Positions 31,701 to 40,681 of a DNA stretch of 62,892 nt are shown here, in pieces (position 1 is the stretch's first letter; every line of letters starts with the position of its first letter). The position numbers and the translations under genes are program-made. The stretch comes from an uncultured Oscillospiraceae bacterium (GTDB lineage Bacteria > Bacillota > Clostridia > Oscillospirales > SIG627). The notes beneath the pieces were generated by a model. It saw only the letters and a program-made list of their open reading frames with translations. It was not told the origin of the DNA and did no database searches. Where the stretch lies: assembly GCA_964558655.1 (NCBI GenBank), contig CAZLEX010000005.1:1-62892 (forward strand), read 5' to 3'.

Positions 31701-31768
31701 ATTATATCACACAATTTCACTTATGGGAATAATCAAAATATTATATCAGTGATATCATTATCGATATA
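31701..31768 (-). promoter_or_regulatory. adhA-nfnAB promoter with upstream shared regulator site
   Basis: TTCCCA-17-TATAAT (extended TG); upstream block shared with the rex promoter. Confidence 0.7.
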
Positions 31769-31803
31769 CGATGTATCTAATAGTAAAAAACACTCATGCA
31801 CTT

Positions 31804-32727
31804 TTATTTAAGATACTTTCTTCTCGACTCGCAAAGTGCCGTTATAAACTCTTTATCCAGCTTGGTAAGCTTGTATCCGTTGCGGTAAATAAGCATATCT
31901 TTATATATTTTCGTATTTTCCGCACATTCTCTCTGGACGAGATTATATCTTTCGAGAAGTTTGTCGCTTGCCGGAGAAACCCACATGAAAGTTTCGGGAT
32001 TTTCCGATAAAAGATCAAATTGGCTTGCTCTTTCAAAAACAAAAATACGGCGTCTGATATTGTCCGGAAGTTCCTCCCGAAAAACTTTCGACATTGAAAC
32101 CGTCGGAACATACGGATCGGCATGAGCGATTTCGATATAAGATGCCAAATCCTCGTAAGTAATCGTCTCCTTATTCGATAAAGGATTGTCGCGGCTCATT
32201 ATAAGAACATAGGAAAATTCGGCAACCATTTCATATGAAAGCTCTTTTTCTTCAAGCATCGACTTATAATATTTATCGTGCTTTTCGGCATATCTGATTA
32301 TGCCGAGACGGTAATCGTCGTTCATAAGATTTTGTATGGTTTTTTTGGAATTTGTCTCTTTATAGTATATCTCAACATCGGATTCTCCGAGATTTTTGGA
32401 AAATTGTGCCAAAGCAGACGAAATGTAGCAAGCACGGGGAACGGATATCGAAAACTTGCGTTTTTTTCTTGCACCGTTTTTATACAAAAGCTCGACCTGC
32501 TCTATTTGACGGAGTATTCCCTGTGCATACTCTATAAATTCTTCACCTTCGGGAGTTAACATCATTCCTTTTGCCGAACGGGTAAAAATCGAAACGCCGA
32601 GATCGGATTCAAGTTCTTTAATCGAACGGCTTATATTCGGCTGAGCTATCATAAGCGTTTCGGCAGCCTTATTCAATGAACCGAGCCTCGCAACTTCGAC
32701 TGCGTATTTCATGTGAAGTATATTCAT
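31804..32727 (-). CDS. LysR family transcriptional regulator
   Basis: GSLNKAAETLMIAQPNISRSIKELESDLG..IFTR..LTPEG; 307 aa. Confidence 0.93.
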   Translation of the reverse strand: MNILHMKYAVEVARLGSLNKAAETLMIAQPNISRSIKELESDLGVSIFTRSAKGMMLTPEGEEFIEYAQGILRQIEQVELLYKNGARKKRKFSISVPRACYISSALAQFSKNLGESDVEIYYKETNSKKTIQNLMNDDYRLGIIRYAEKHDKYYKSMLEEKELSYEMVAEFSYVLIMSRDNPLSNKETITYEDLASYIEIAHADPYVPTVSMSKVFREELPDNIRRRIFVFERASQFDLLSENPETFMWVSPASDKLLERYNLVQRECAENTKIYKDMLIYRNGYKLTKLDKEFITALCESRRKYLK

Positions 32728-32801
32728 TAAAAACCTCCGTCCGACATTTTATCTGCAAGTATTTTATCACATTAATTAAACTATTTCAAGTATATTTTAA
32801 T

Positions 32802-32836
32802 AAAAAAGAAATGCCATGCATTAAGCATGGCATTTC
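32802..32836 (-). terminator. Terminator of hsp20
   Basis: gaaatgccatgc/gcatggcatttc stem plus U-tract on minus strand. Confidence 0.8.
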
Positions 32837-32843
32837 AATGTCT

Positions 32844-33302
32844 TTATTCAATTTCAAGCCGTTTCCCTTCGGGTACTGTAATTTGTTTCTTCGGAAGAGT
32901 CAATTTCAAAACGCCGTTATCGTATTTGGCTTTGATTTGATCGGCGTCAATTCCGGTTATATCAAAGCTACGGCTGTAAGAACCGTAAGAACGCTCAATG
33001 CGTACGACTTTGTCTTTTTTGTCTTTTTCTTCGTATTTGGAATGACGCTCTGCATGAACCGTAAGCGTGTCACCGGCGATGTCAAGCTGAATATCTTTCT
33101 TTTCAAATCCCGGAAGATCCGCTTCCAAAAGATAATGATCGCCTTCATCGGTTACATCTGTTTTAAATTCCGCAAGGTCCTGCGTTCCGAAAAAGGAACC
33201 GAAAGGATTGCCGAAAAAGCTTCTCTCAAGTTCTTCCAATTCACGAAAAGGATTATAAGTGCTTACATAATTGTTATTATTTCTGCGAGTGAGTTCAAAC
33301 AT
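32844..33302 (-). CDS. Small heat-shock protein (Hsp20/Hsp18)
   Basis: EADLPG, ERSYGSYSRSF, AKYDNGVLKLTLPK. Confidence 0.95.
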   Translation of the reverse strand: MFELTRRNNNNYVSTYNPFRELEELERSFFGNPFGSFFGTQDLAEFKTDVTDEGDHYLLEADLPGFEKKDIQLDIAGDTLTVHAERHSKYEEKDKKDKVVRIERSYGSYSRSFDITGIDADQIKAKYDNGVLKLTLPKKQITVPEGKRLEIE

Positions 33303-33514
33303 AATTAATACCTCCGTTTAATGTTACTGTGATTATATTTAGTATGCCGGTCTGTTATTTTTTTATCCGACAAGGCCGCAATTAATCGGATATTCGATAC
33401 AACCCATCGGTAGTCATCTCTTTTCTTCTGCATTTGTCTTTTTCCTTTTGACACTTATATTATAATCACAGAAATCGTATTTTGTGTTACAAAGGTTTTA
33501 ACAAACTGTAAAAG

Positions 33515-33541
33515 TTAGCACTCTTATTTAAAGAGTGCTAA
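33515..33541. promoter_or_regulatory. CIRCE element (HrcA operator)
   Basis: Exact TTAGCACTC-N9-GAGTGCTAA upstream of hsp20. Confidence 0.93.
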
Positions 33542-33602
33542 CTTTTTTTAAAAAAACAACCCGAATTTTAATATTTTTATGACCGTCTCACGATACGAGT
33601 GC

Positions 33603-34670
33603 TTAAACCGTTACGATCCAATTAAATTTATCCTCACATTTTCCGAATTGAATTGATGTAATTGTATCATAAAGTTTTTGACTTAAGCCGCCTATTTTGT
33701 TTTCATTAATTAGCATAACATCATCTTTGTAACTGAGTTTGCCTACGGGAGAAATGACCGCCGCCGTTCCCGTTCCGAAACATTCCTCAAGTTTTCCGCT
33801 TTTTTGAGCTTGTACGAGTTCTTCGGCACTGATTTTTTTCTCAATCACATCAAATCCCCATGATTTACAGATTTCAATAACGGAATTTCTCGTAATTCCG
33901 GGCAAAATACTTCCGTTAAGCATAGGTGTAAAAATTTTGCCGTCAATTTTGAAGAAAATATTCATCGCGCCGACTTCTTCTATATACTTTCTTTCTACTC
34001 CGTCAAGCCAGAGTACCTGCGAGTATCCCTCACCGTATGCATCTACCTGTGCGGCAAGACTTACGGCATAATTTCCTCCCGTCTTGGCAAATCCCATTCC
34101 ACCTCTCACCGCTCTTACATAGTTATCTTCAATACGGATTCCCACCGGTTCAAGTCCTTTTGCATAATACGAGCCCGACGGTGAAAGAATAATAATAAAC
34201 ATATATGTTTTCGACGGAGCAACGCCGAGAAACTCTTCCGTAGAGATAACAAACGGGCGTATATACAGAGAAGTCCCCTGAGATGTCGGTATCCACTCTT
34301 CATCAATCTTGACAACGGCTTTGCAAGCTTCGATAAACAATTCTTCCGGAATTTCGGGTATACATAAGCGTTTATTGGAAGCGTTAGCCCTTTTTGCATT
34401 CATGTCCGGTCTGAAAAGGCGTACTTTACCGTCACTCCCCTTATATGCTTTAAGTCCTTCAAACATTTGCTGACCGTAGTGAAAAATCATAGAAGAGGGC
34501 GAGAGAGAAATATTTTGGTACGGGATAATTCTTCCGTCGTGCCACCCTTTTTCTTCGGTATAATTCATAACGAACATATGATCGGTAAAAATTTTTCCGA
34601 AACCGAGAGCTTTTTCGTCTGTCGGTTTTTCCTTCGGATTTTCTGTTTTTGTAATCTGAAAATTATACAT
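33603..34670 (-). CDS. ilvE: Branched-chain amino acid aminotransferase
   Basis: GFGKIFTDHM, FEGLKAY, AKTGGNY (PLP Lys), LPGITR, GTGTAA. Confidence 0.95.
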   Translation of the reverse strand: MYNFQITKTENPKEKPTDEKALGFGKIFTDHMFVMNYTEEKGWHDGRIIPYQNISLSPSSMIFHYGQQMFEGLKAYKGSDGKVRLFRPDMNAKRANASNKRLCIPEIPEELFIEACKAVVKIDEEWIPTSQGTSLYIRPFVISTEEFLGVAPSKTYMFIIILSPSGSYYAKGLEPVGIRIEDNYVRAVRGGMGFAKTGGNYAVSLAAQVDAYGEGYSQVLWLDGVERKYIEEVGAMNIFFKIDGKIFTPMLNGSILPGITRNSVIEICKSWGFDVIEKKISAEELVQAQKSGKLEECFGTGTAAVISPVGKLSYKDDVMLINENKIGGLSQKLYDTITSIQFGKCEDKFNWIVTV

Positions 34671-34901
34671 TTTTTCTCCTTACCGATAAATCCTCATAAA
34701 AGAGATTTATCTTTTTATATACATTTCGCCTTCCCTGCTTATCGCAAAAAAAGGACGCTTTGATACTTAGCATATTGTATTGTATCACATTCGGCAATTT
34801 TTTTCCACTTTTTTTAAATACCAAAATAAAATACTGCTTGATATTATTCTTGCGTCATGTTAAAATATGTACGGATTACATTAAGAAAGGCGGTAACGCT
34901 T

Positions 34902-35657
34902 GTGAAAAAAGCTATCATAACAGGTGCAAGCTCCGGTATAGGCCGTGAATTTGCCTATAAACTTTCAAAACTCGGTTTTGAACTGATTTTGGTTGCCAGA
35001 CGCCGTGACAAACTCGAAGAAACCGCACATGGCTGTAAAACAAAATGTACGGTGATAGAAGCTGATTTGTCAAAAGAAGAAGAGGTATATGCACTTTTCG
35101 AAAAGGTACAAAACGAAAAAGATATTTCCGTTCTGATAAATAATGCGGGATTCGGTCTTTTCGGGGAATTTTATGCGACCGACTTAAACCGTGAACTTGA
35201 TATGATAAACTTAAATATCAAGTCGGTACACATTCTCACAAAACTGTTTTTGAATTACTTCAGAAACAAAAACGACGGTTATATCCTCAATGTCGCTTCA
35301 TCGGCTTCCTTTTTGCCCGGCCCGTTAATGAGCACATATTATGCCACAAAAGCGTATGTTCAGCGACTTTCCCTCTCAATATCCGAAGAAATGAAAAAAG
35401 AAAAAAGTGCTGTGTATATAGGAGCATTTTGTCCCGGTCCGGTAGACACGGAATTCAACGAAGTGGCAAATGTACGGTTTAATCTCAAGGGAATATCGTC
35501 AAAATATGCGGCAAATTACGCAATTGACAAAATGATGAAACGAAAAATACTGATAGTTCCGGGAAAGACAATAAGACTCGGTGTTTTTTTTCAAAGATTC
35601 TTACCGACAAAGCTTCTTTTGAAAATTTCTTACAAAATCCAGGAAAAGAAAAACTGA
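34902..35657 (+). CDS. Short-chain dehydrogenase/reductase
   Basis: TGASSGIG, NNAGFG, YYATK; GTG start at 34902. Confidence 0.92.
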   Translation: MKKAIITGASSGIGREFAYKLSKLGFELILVARRRDKLEETAHGCKTKCTVIEADLSKEEEVYALFEKVQNEKDISVLINNAGFGLFGEFYATDLNRELDMINLNIKSVHILTKLFLNYFRNKNDGYILNVASSASFLPGPLMSTYYATKAYVQRLSLSISEEMKKEKSAVYIGAFCPGPVDTEFNEVANVRFNLKGISSKYAANYAIDKMMKRKILIVPGKTIRLGVFFQRFLPTKLLLKISYKIQEKKN

Positions 35658-35672
35658 GCATAAGGAGAAAAA

Positions 35673-36347
35673 ATGAATACCGAAACAAAAAAATATAAAG
35701 AAATTCAATACGCCGTAAGATATCCGAACAATTATAAAAAGGGAGAAAAATATCCGGTTATAATGTTCTTTCACGGTGCCGGGAGCAGAGGAGAGGACAT
35801 AAGTGCCGTAATAAACAACGCTTATTTCAAAGTAACGGAAATTTTCGAAAATTTTCCGTTTATCACTGTAGCACCGCTATGCTGTAAAAACACTTGGTTT
35901 GATTTGTTTGAACAAATTGAAAATCTGGTCTTGAAAATCGCAGACGAACCTTTTTGCGACAAAGAAAGAATCTATCTTATGGGAGCGAGTATGGGGGGAT
36001 ACTGTGTATGGCAATTGGCGATGAGTATGCCCGAGTATTTTGCCGCCGCCGTGCCGATTTGCTCAGGCGGAATGTATTGGAATGCGGGACGGCTGATAAA
36101 CATTCCCATATGGGCTTTTCACGGTGCAAAAGATACGACCGTTTACCCCGAAGAATCAAAAAAAATGACAGATGCCGTAAATCAAAACGGAGGAACGGCA
36201 AAACTTACCGTATATCCCGACAATGCTCATGACGCATGGAGCGATACATATAGCAACTACAATGTCTTTAAATGGTTATTGGAACATAAAAACAACAATA
36301 TCAATAAAATCGGAGACAGATATAAAGACGCGACACTTTACGGATAA
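35673..36347 (+). CDS. Alpha/beta hydrolase (carboxylesterase/prolyl oligopeptidase-like)
   Basis: FHGAG, GASMGG nucleophile, FHGAKD, HDAW. Confidence 0.88.
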   Translation: MNTETKKYKEIQYAVRYPNNYKKGEKYPVIMFFHGAGSRGEDISAVINNAYFKVTEIFENFPFITVAPLCCKNTWFDLFEQIENLVLKIADEPFCDKERIYLMGASMGGYCVWQLAMSMPEYFAAAVPICSGGMYWNAGRLINIPIWAFHGAKDTTVYPEESKKMTDAVNQNGGTAKLTVYPDNAHDAWSDTYSNYNVFKWLLEHKNNNINKIGDRYKDATLYG

Positions 36348-36387
36348 CAACTTATCAAATCTTTGCATTTTTTGTATAAACTATCAT

Positions 36388-36428
36388 AAAAATACGCCGA
36401 TTCATTCCAATGAATCGGCGTATTTTTT
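36388..36428. terminator. Bidirectional terminator
   Basis: aaaaatacgccgattcat/atgaatcggcgtattttt perfect stem with tracts on both sides. Confidence 0.88.
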
Positions 36429-36467
36429 TCTTATGATACTGATAATTTTGAAAACAAAACGCAAAGT

Positions 36468-36510
36468 TTTTTGTGTAATTCAACGCTTTACAAGTTAAAT
36501 TACACAAAAA
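36468..36510. repeat. 13-bp inverted repeat abutting left recombination site
   Basis: tttttgtgtaatt-17 nt-aattacacaaaaa. Confidence 0.8.
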
Positions 36511-36511
36511 G

Positions 36512-36536
36512 TTTCGCAGAGTTCAACACTCTGTGA
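36512..36536 (+). repeat. Left inverted repeat (putative recombination site IRL)
   Basis: tttcgcagagttcaacactctgtga, exact reverse complement of 37731-37755; internal dyad TCGCAGAG-ttcaaca-CTCTGTGA. Confidence 0.92.
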
Positions 36537-36553
36537 ACTAAATTATGTATGAA

Positions 36554-36582
36554 ATTATAAAACAAAAGAAGTGAAATGTCAA
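36554..36582 (-). promoter_or_regulatory. Outward-facing consensus sigma-A promoter inside invertible segment
   Basis: Minus strand TTGACA(36577-82)-17 nt-TATAAT(36554-59), aimed at IRL with no co-oriented gene downstream. Confidence 0.85.
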
Positions 36583-36685
36583 GACTTTTTTATCACTAAA
36601 ACGATTTTTTTAATTTTTTAATACTGTAAAATAAATACGATTCAGCTTAAAAATTCAAACATTGAAATCAAAGGAGGATTTTATT

Positions 36686-37675
36686 ATGCAAAAAAATGCA
36701 AAAACATCATCTGAAAAGAAAGACAGGCTATACAAAAAACGGTATACCGAAAAATGCACACTTGATTTTTATTGTGATGAGTGGCTGAAAATAAACCGCG
36801 ATCGCCTTAAAGAATCAACTCTTGTGAAATACGGTACAATTATAGAAAAACACATTAAACCCCAACTCAAAGGATATCTTATATCGTCTCTTACACCGTT
36901 AATCGTCGAACAATTCAGTCACGATTTAATTTACGAAGAAAAACTTTCTCCGAAAACCGTAAAAGATATTTTAACCGTTCTACATTCGATTGTCTGCTAT
37001 GCGGCAAAAAATTTTTCGGGACATATGCAAATGATAGATATCGTATATCCCAAAGTCAGAAAAAGCGAAATGCGTGTTTTATCCCGTGACGAACAAACAT
37101 TATTCACAAGATATTTATTAAACAATACGGATCCGTGTAAATTCGGAGTTTTACTCGCATTGCTTACGGGTATGCGGATCGGAGAATTATGTGCTCTCAA
37201 ATGGGAAAATATTTCCGTCTGCGATAAAACAATAAAAATCGAATCCACCATGCAACGATTAAAAGATTTATCGGGAAACGGCGAAAAAAAGACAAAAATA
37301 ATTATAGATAAACCGAAAAGTGACAATTCCGTAAGAATTATTCCGCTCACGGAATACACCGCCGAGTTGTGTAAGTCTCAATATTGCGACAATCCGTCGG
37401 CTTTTGTACTTACGGGGAACAGCCGTTATATAGAACCGCGTACCATGCAGTACAAATTAAAACAGTATACCGAAAAATGCGGATTGAAAGGGGTGCATTT
37501 TCATACCCTCCGTCATACATTCGCCACCCGCTGTGTAGAAGTCGATTTTGAAATTAAATCCCTGAGTGAAATTTTAGGTCATTCAAGCCCGAAAATAACG
37601 CTGGAAAGATATATTCATTCGTCGATAGAATTAAAGCGGGACAATATGAACAAATTGGCAATTATAGGATATTAA
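36686..37675 (+). CDS. Tyrosine recombinase (putative invertase)
   Basis: Catalytic set TGMRIGE (R), PKS (K), HTLRH, LGH, ERY (Y); SAM-like core-binding region; GGAGG RBS before ATG 36686. Confidence 0.93.
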   Translation: MQKNAKTSSEKKDRLYKKRYTEKCTLDFYCDEWLKINRDRLKESTLVKYGTIIEKHIKPQLKGYLISSLTPLIVEQFSHDLIYEEKLSPKTVKDILTVLHSIVCYAAKNFSGHMQMIDIVYPKVRKSEMRVLSRDEQTLFTRYLLNNTDPCKFGVLLALLTGMRIGELCALKWENISVCDKTIKIESTMQRLKDLSGNGEKKTKIIIDKPKSDNSVRIIPLTEYTAELCKSQYCDNPSAFVLTGNSRYIEPRTMQYKLKQYTEKCGLKGVHFHTLRHTFATRCVEVDFEIKSLSEILGHSSPKITLERYIHSSIELKRDNMNKLAIIGY

Positions 37676-37730
37676 ATCACGAAAAAGAGCCGTTTGTGCA
37701 ACTGTTTGCCGACGATTTTTTATAAAAATC

Positions 37731-37755
37731 TCACAGAGTGTTGAACTCTGCGAAA
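37731..37755 (-). repeat. Right inverted repeat (putative recombination site IRR)
   Basis: tcacagagtgttgaactctgcgaaa, exact reverse complement of 36512-36536. Confidence 0.92.
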
Positions 37756-37839
37756 ATAAAGTATTTTAGCAAATAATAGCTTGCTTTTGTTAAGAAAATA
37801 TATCATTTATAAAAAATGTTTTTAAGAAAGAGGCAGTTT

Positions 37840-38427
37840 ATGCTATCACAGGAAGTTCATGAAAGCCAAAAATTCGCTTTAATGGAAGCCGTCGTAAAAT
37901 CCATTGCCAAATACGGCATTGAAAACACAAGTGCCAGAACAATAGGTGCTTTAAGCAATGTAAAAGAGGTATATATTTACCGTTATTTTGAAGATAAGGA
38001 CGACTTGCTGGATAAAACATTTTCTTTTGCAGATGAACGGTTTTTGAAATATTTTCTCGATAATTTTCCGCAAACCGAATTGGAAAACGGTGAGTTAAAG
38101 CACTGTCTGCGTGTGTTTTTCGATAAAATTTGGGATTACATTTATTCACACCCGGATTGGTTGCTGTTTTATGCCCGTTACTATTATTCCCACTCTTTTC
38201 AAAAATACTCCTATGAAAATCACACGAAAAGGTGCGAAGTGTTGCTTGAAAAAGCAACTCTCCTTTGTACTGACAAAGAGAGTGCAAAATTTGCTTTACA
38301 GTCTATTCGGAATATTATTCTCGGTCAAGCGGCAGACATTACAGCACATGATTTAGACAGCACACGGTTTGCTGATGATACTTTCGCAATTCTTTGCGTA
38401 ATTTTGCAGTGCGGTGAAGAAACTTAA
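37840..38427 (+). CDS. TetR/AcrR family transcriptional regulator
   Basis: IAKYGIENTSARTIG...YIYRYFEDKDDLL HTH; ATG 37840 has an AGAGG RBS (ORF could start at 37816). Confidence 0.85.
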   Translation: MLSQEVHESQKFALMEAVVKSIAKYGIENTSARTIGALSNVKEVYIYRYFEDKDDLLDKTFSFADERFLKYFLDNFPQTELENGELKHCLRVFFDKIWDYIYSHPDWLLFYARYYYSHSFQKYSYENHTKRCEVLLEKATLLCTDKESAKFALQSIRNIILGQAADITAHDLDSTRFADDTFAILCVILQCGEET

Positions 38428-38478
38428 CCACGCCGTCACAGCCGAAATCAATTTATTTAAAACCAAAAGGATAACTCA

Positions 38479-39315
38479 ATGAAAACCGACAAATGTGTTT
38501 TATGCGGAAGAGATACAGGTATAGAAACCGAAACTCCCGTTTCACACAGAAAAAACTACATTATAGGCGGCGGACAGTTATGCGAAAATTGTTACAGTGA
38601 TTTATACCTTGCACCGAACAGAAGGGACATCACACCGCCGAAGAAAACCCTAAAATCCCACAAAAAAGCATTTAAAACGGTCAGCTCTGTTTTTTGTATA
38701 TTGTTTATAACTTTTTCTTGTCTACTGGCAATTTTGACGATTATATCATCTCTTACATTTAACAGTACAGACCGTAATTTATTCGGATACAAATTTTATA
38801 TCGCTCTTTCCGACTCAATGAGTGCGACGGACTTTGATGCAGGCGATTTAATAATCGTAAAAAACACCGATCCGTCAAGTCTTAGTGAAGGCGACATTAT
38901 TACATACATTTCCCAAAACCCCGAAAACTTCGGCAAATCCGTAACACATAAGATTCGTACTCTCACAACCGATGAAAAAGGCAATCCGGGTTTTATAACT
39001 TTCGGCACCGTCACCGACACAGATGATGCCTATGTTGTAACTTATCAATATGTTTTGGGAAAATACGAGGGGCATATTTCAAATATAGGTTCGTTCTTGA
39101 ATTTTTTGAAGTCTACGACGGGATATGTTACCTGTATTCTTATACCTCTCCTGTTCATTATAATTTTTGAAAGCATACGGTATTTCTTTTTATGCAAAAA
39201 AGTAAGAGATGAGCAACTGAAGGAAATACAAGCGGAGCGAAAAATGCTTGAGGAAGAACGGATAAAAATGCAAAAAGCAATGATGGAAAGCAAAAATGGC
39301 ACCGATTACGAATAA
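38479..39315 (+). CDS. sipW: SipW-type (S26B) signal peptidase I with N-terminal CxxC...CxxC domain
   Basis: TM helix, LSDSMS (Ser), GDLIIV, GDIITY, VTHKI (His), DTDD; second TM and coiled-coil tail. Confidence 0.85.
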   Translation: MKTDKCVLCGRDTGIETETPVSHRKNYIIGGGQLCENCYSDLYLAPNRRDITPPKKTLKSHKKAFKTVSSVFCILFITFSCLLAILTIISSLTFNSTDRNLFGYKFYIALSDSMSATDFDAGDLIIVKNTDPSSLSEGDIITYISQNPENFGKSVTHKIRTLTTDEKGNPGFITFGTVTDTDDAYVVTYQYVLGKYEGHISNIGSFLNFLKSTTGYVTCILIPLLFIIIFESIRYFFLCKKVRDEQLKEIQAERKMLEEERIKMQKAMMESKNGTDYE

Positions 39316-39361
39316 GAGAAAACTCTTTAGTAATAAATAAAAAAATTTTTGAGGTGAAAAA

Positions 39362-40660
39362 ATGACAAAAACAAAAAACGCTTTGATTGCAAGTGCTGTT
39401 ACAATACTCATTTGCATAACTCTTTTAATCGGCACAACTTTTGCCTGGTTCCAAAGCACTGCACAATTGACTGTAAATAAAATTGAGTCAGGCACTCTCG
39501 ATGTCAAAATCGAAAAATTTAACGGCAAGTCATGGGAAGACGCAGAAGGACAAGTGCTTAATTTCTCGAACGGTTCAAGTTCGGAAATTCTCTATGAACC
39601 GGGTGCATCTTATTCTCTCCCCGACCTGCGTATTACAAACAACGGCAGTCTTTCTCTCAAGTATAAAGTCGTATTCTCAAGTGTTAGCGGTGATATCACT
39701 CTTGCCGAAGTGCTTGATGTATATCTCAACGGCTCAAAAGTCGGAACTTTAAAAGATGTTCTCACATCTACCGATCCGGACGGATTTGCTCACGGATATC
39801 TCGACGGCTACACTTCCACCGAAACTCTGAAGATTTCGGTTAAGATGCAGGAAAGTGCCGACAACAGTTATCAAGGAAAACAAATCACATCTGTTTCGGT
39901 CACGGTGTATGCGGCTCAAAACACCGCAGAGCAAGACATCACAGGCACATTGTATGACAAAGACGCAACTTATTCCGGAAGCCTTGAAGGTTCTTTTTAC
40001 GAAATCCACACAGACGAAGACAAAACAATTGACGAAGGCGGGAAAACAATTAATTTAAATTATGAAGGCGGAAACACCCTCGCTTCTTCAAACGGCTCGA
40101 AAGTAACCCTTAAAAACGCAAATTACACGGGTTCTGCAGAAGCTTTTTACTTAGGCGAATATAAAGGTGCGACTGCCGATTACAACGACGATACTTATTT
40201 GGAAAATGTTAATATAACAAACCTGGAAGTAACAAACGGGATTTCCCATTTAAACGATAAAATAAGCAGTGCCGTTTACTGTTACGGAGAAACCGAACTG
40301 GAAAACTGTAAAATAACCGGTACGGTCACAAAAGCGGGTGATGAATATACTCCTTACGATATTTGTTTCGTAAATCAGTCAACGGGAATTGCACGGAATT
40401 GCGAATTCGGAAGTATATATGTTTTTACACAGGCGAATGTTACACTCGATAATGTAAAAGCCGACAAAATCACGACTGCAGCCGCAACTCATGTTTCCCG
40501 TGCCGCTTTGGTAATCAAATCCGGCTGTGAAATAGGCAGCATTGAAATAACCTGTTACAGTCACCGTACCCCCGCTCTTACAATAGAAGAAGGTGCATCG
40601 GTCGGAAGCATAACATTTAACGGCGTGACATATACGCAAGCTCAATGGGCAAACCGCTAA
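39362..40660 (+). CDS. SipW-dependent signal peptide protein, TasA/CalY-like N-terminus with beta-rich C-terminus
   Basis: LLIGTTFAWF signal, NKIESGTLDV, YEPG, ITNNGSLSLKY, MQESADNSYQG. Confidence 0.82.
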   Translation: MTKTKNALIASAVTILICITLLIGTTFAWFQSTAQLTVNKIESGTLDVKIEKFNGKSWEDAEGQVLNFSNGSSSEILYEPGASYSLPDLRITNNGSLSLKYKVVFSSVSGDITLAEVLDVYLNGSKVGTLKDVLTSTDPDGFAHGYLDGYTSTETLKISVKMQESADNSYQGKQITSVSVTVYAAQNTAEQDITGTLYDKDATYSGSLEGSFYEIHTDEDKTIDEGGKTINLNYEGGNTLASSNGSKVTLKNANYTGSAEAFYLGEYKGATADYNDDTYLENVNITNLEVTNGISHLNDKISSAVYCYGETELENCKITGTVTKAGDEYTPYDICFVNQSTGIARNCEFGSIYVFTQANVTLDNVKADKITTAAATHVSRAALVIKSGCEIGSIEITCYSHRTPALTIEEGASVGSITFNGVTYTQAQWANR

Positions 40661-40681
40661 AATACATAACTTTTATCCGAA

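Larger units (their letters stand above)
36512..37755. mobile_element. Putative invertible DNA segment carrying its own recombinase and an outward promoter
   Basis: 25-bp perfect inverted repeats enclose the recombinase gene and a consensus promoter; no phage or ICE genes nearby. Confidence 0.8.

Noticed and set aside
32676-33308. 210-aa plus-strand ORF
   Set aside because: Antisense shadow of hsp20 that crosses a terminator.
34680-34790. T-box or attenuator upstream of ilvE
   Set aside because: The leader is too short and has no T-box consensus; only a hairpin near the RBS.
36686-37675. Integrase as marker of a prophage/ICE
   Set aside because: No phage, conjugation, replication or excisionase genes nearby, and the flanking repeats are inverted, not direct att sites.
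37777-37806. Independent promoter for tetR outside the invertible segment
   Set aside because: TATCAT is present, but the best -35 candidates are poorly spaced (TTGCTT, 14 nt) or weak (TAGCTT, 18 nt). Weak activity cannot be excluded.
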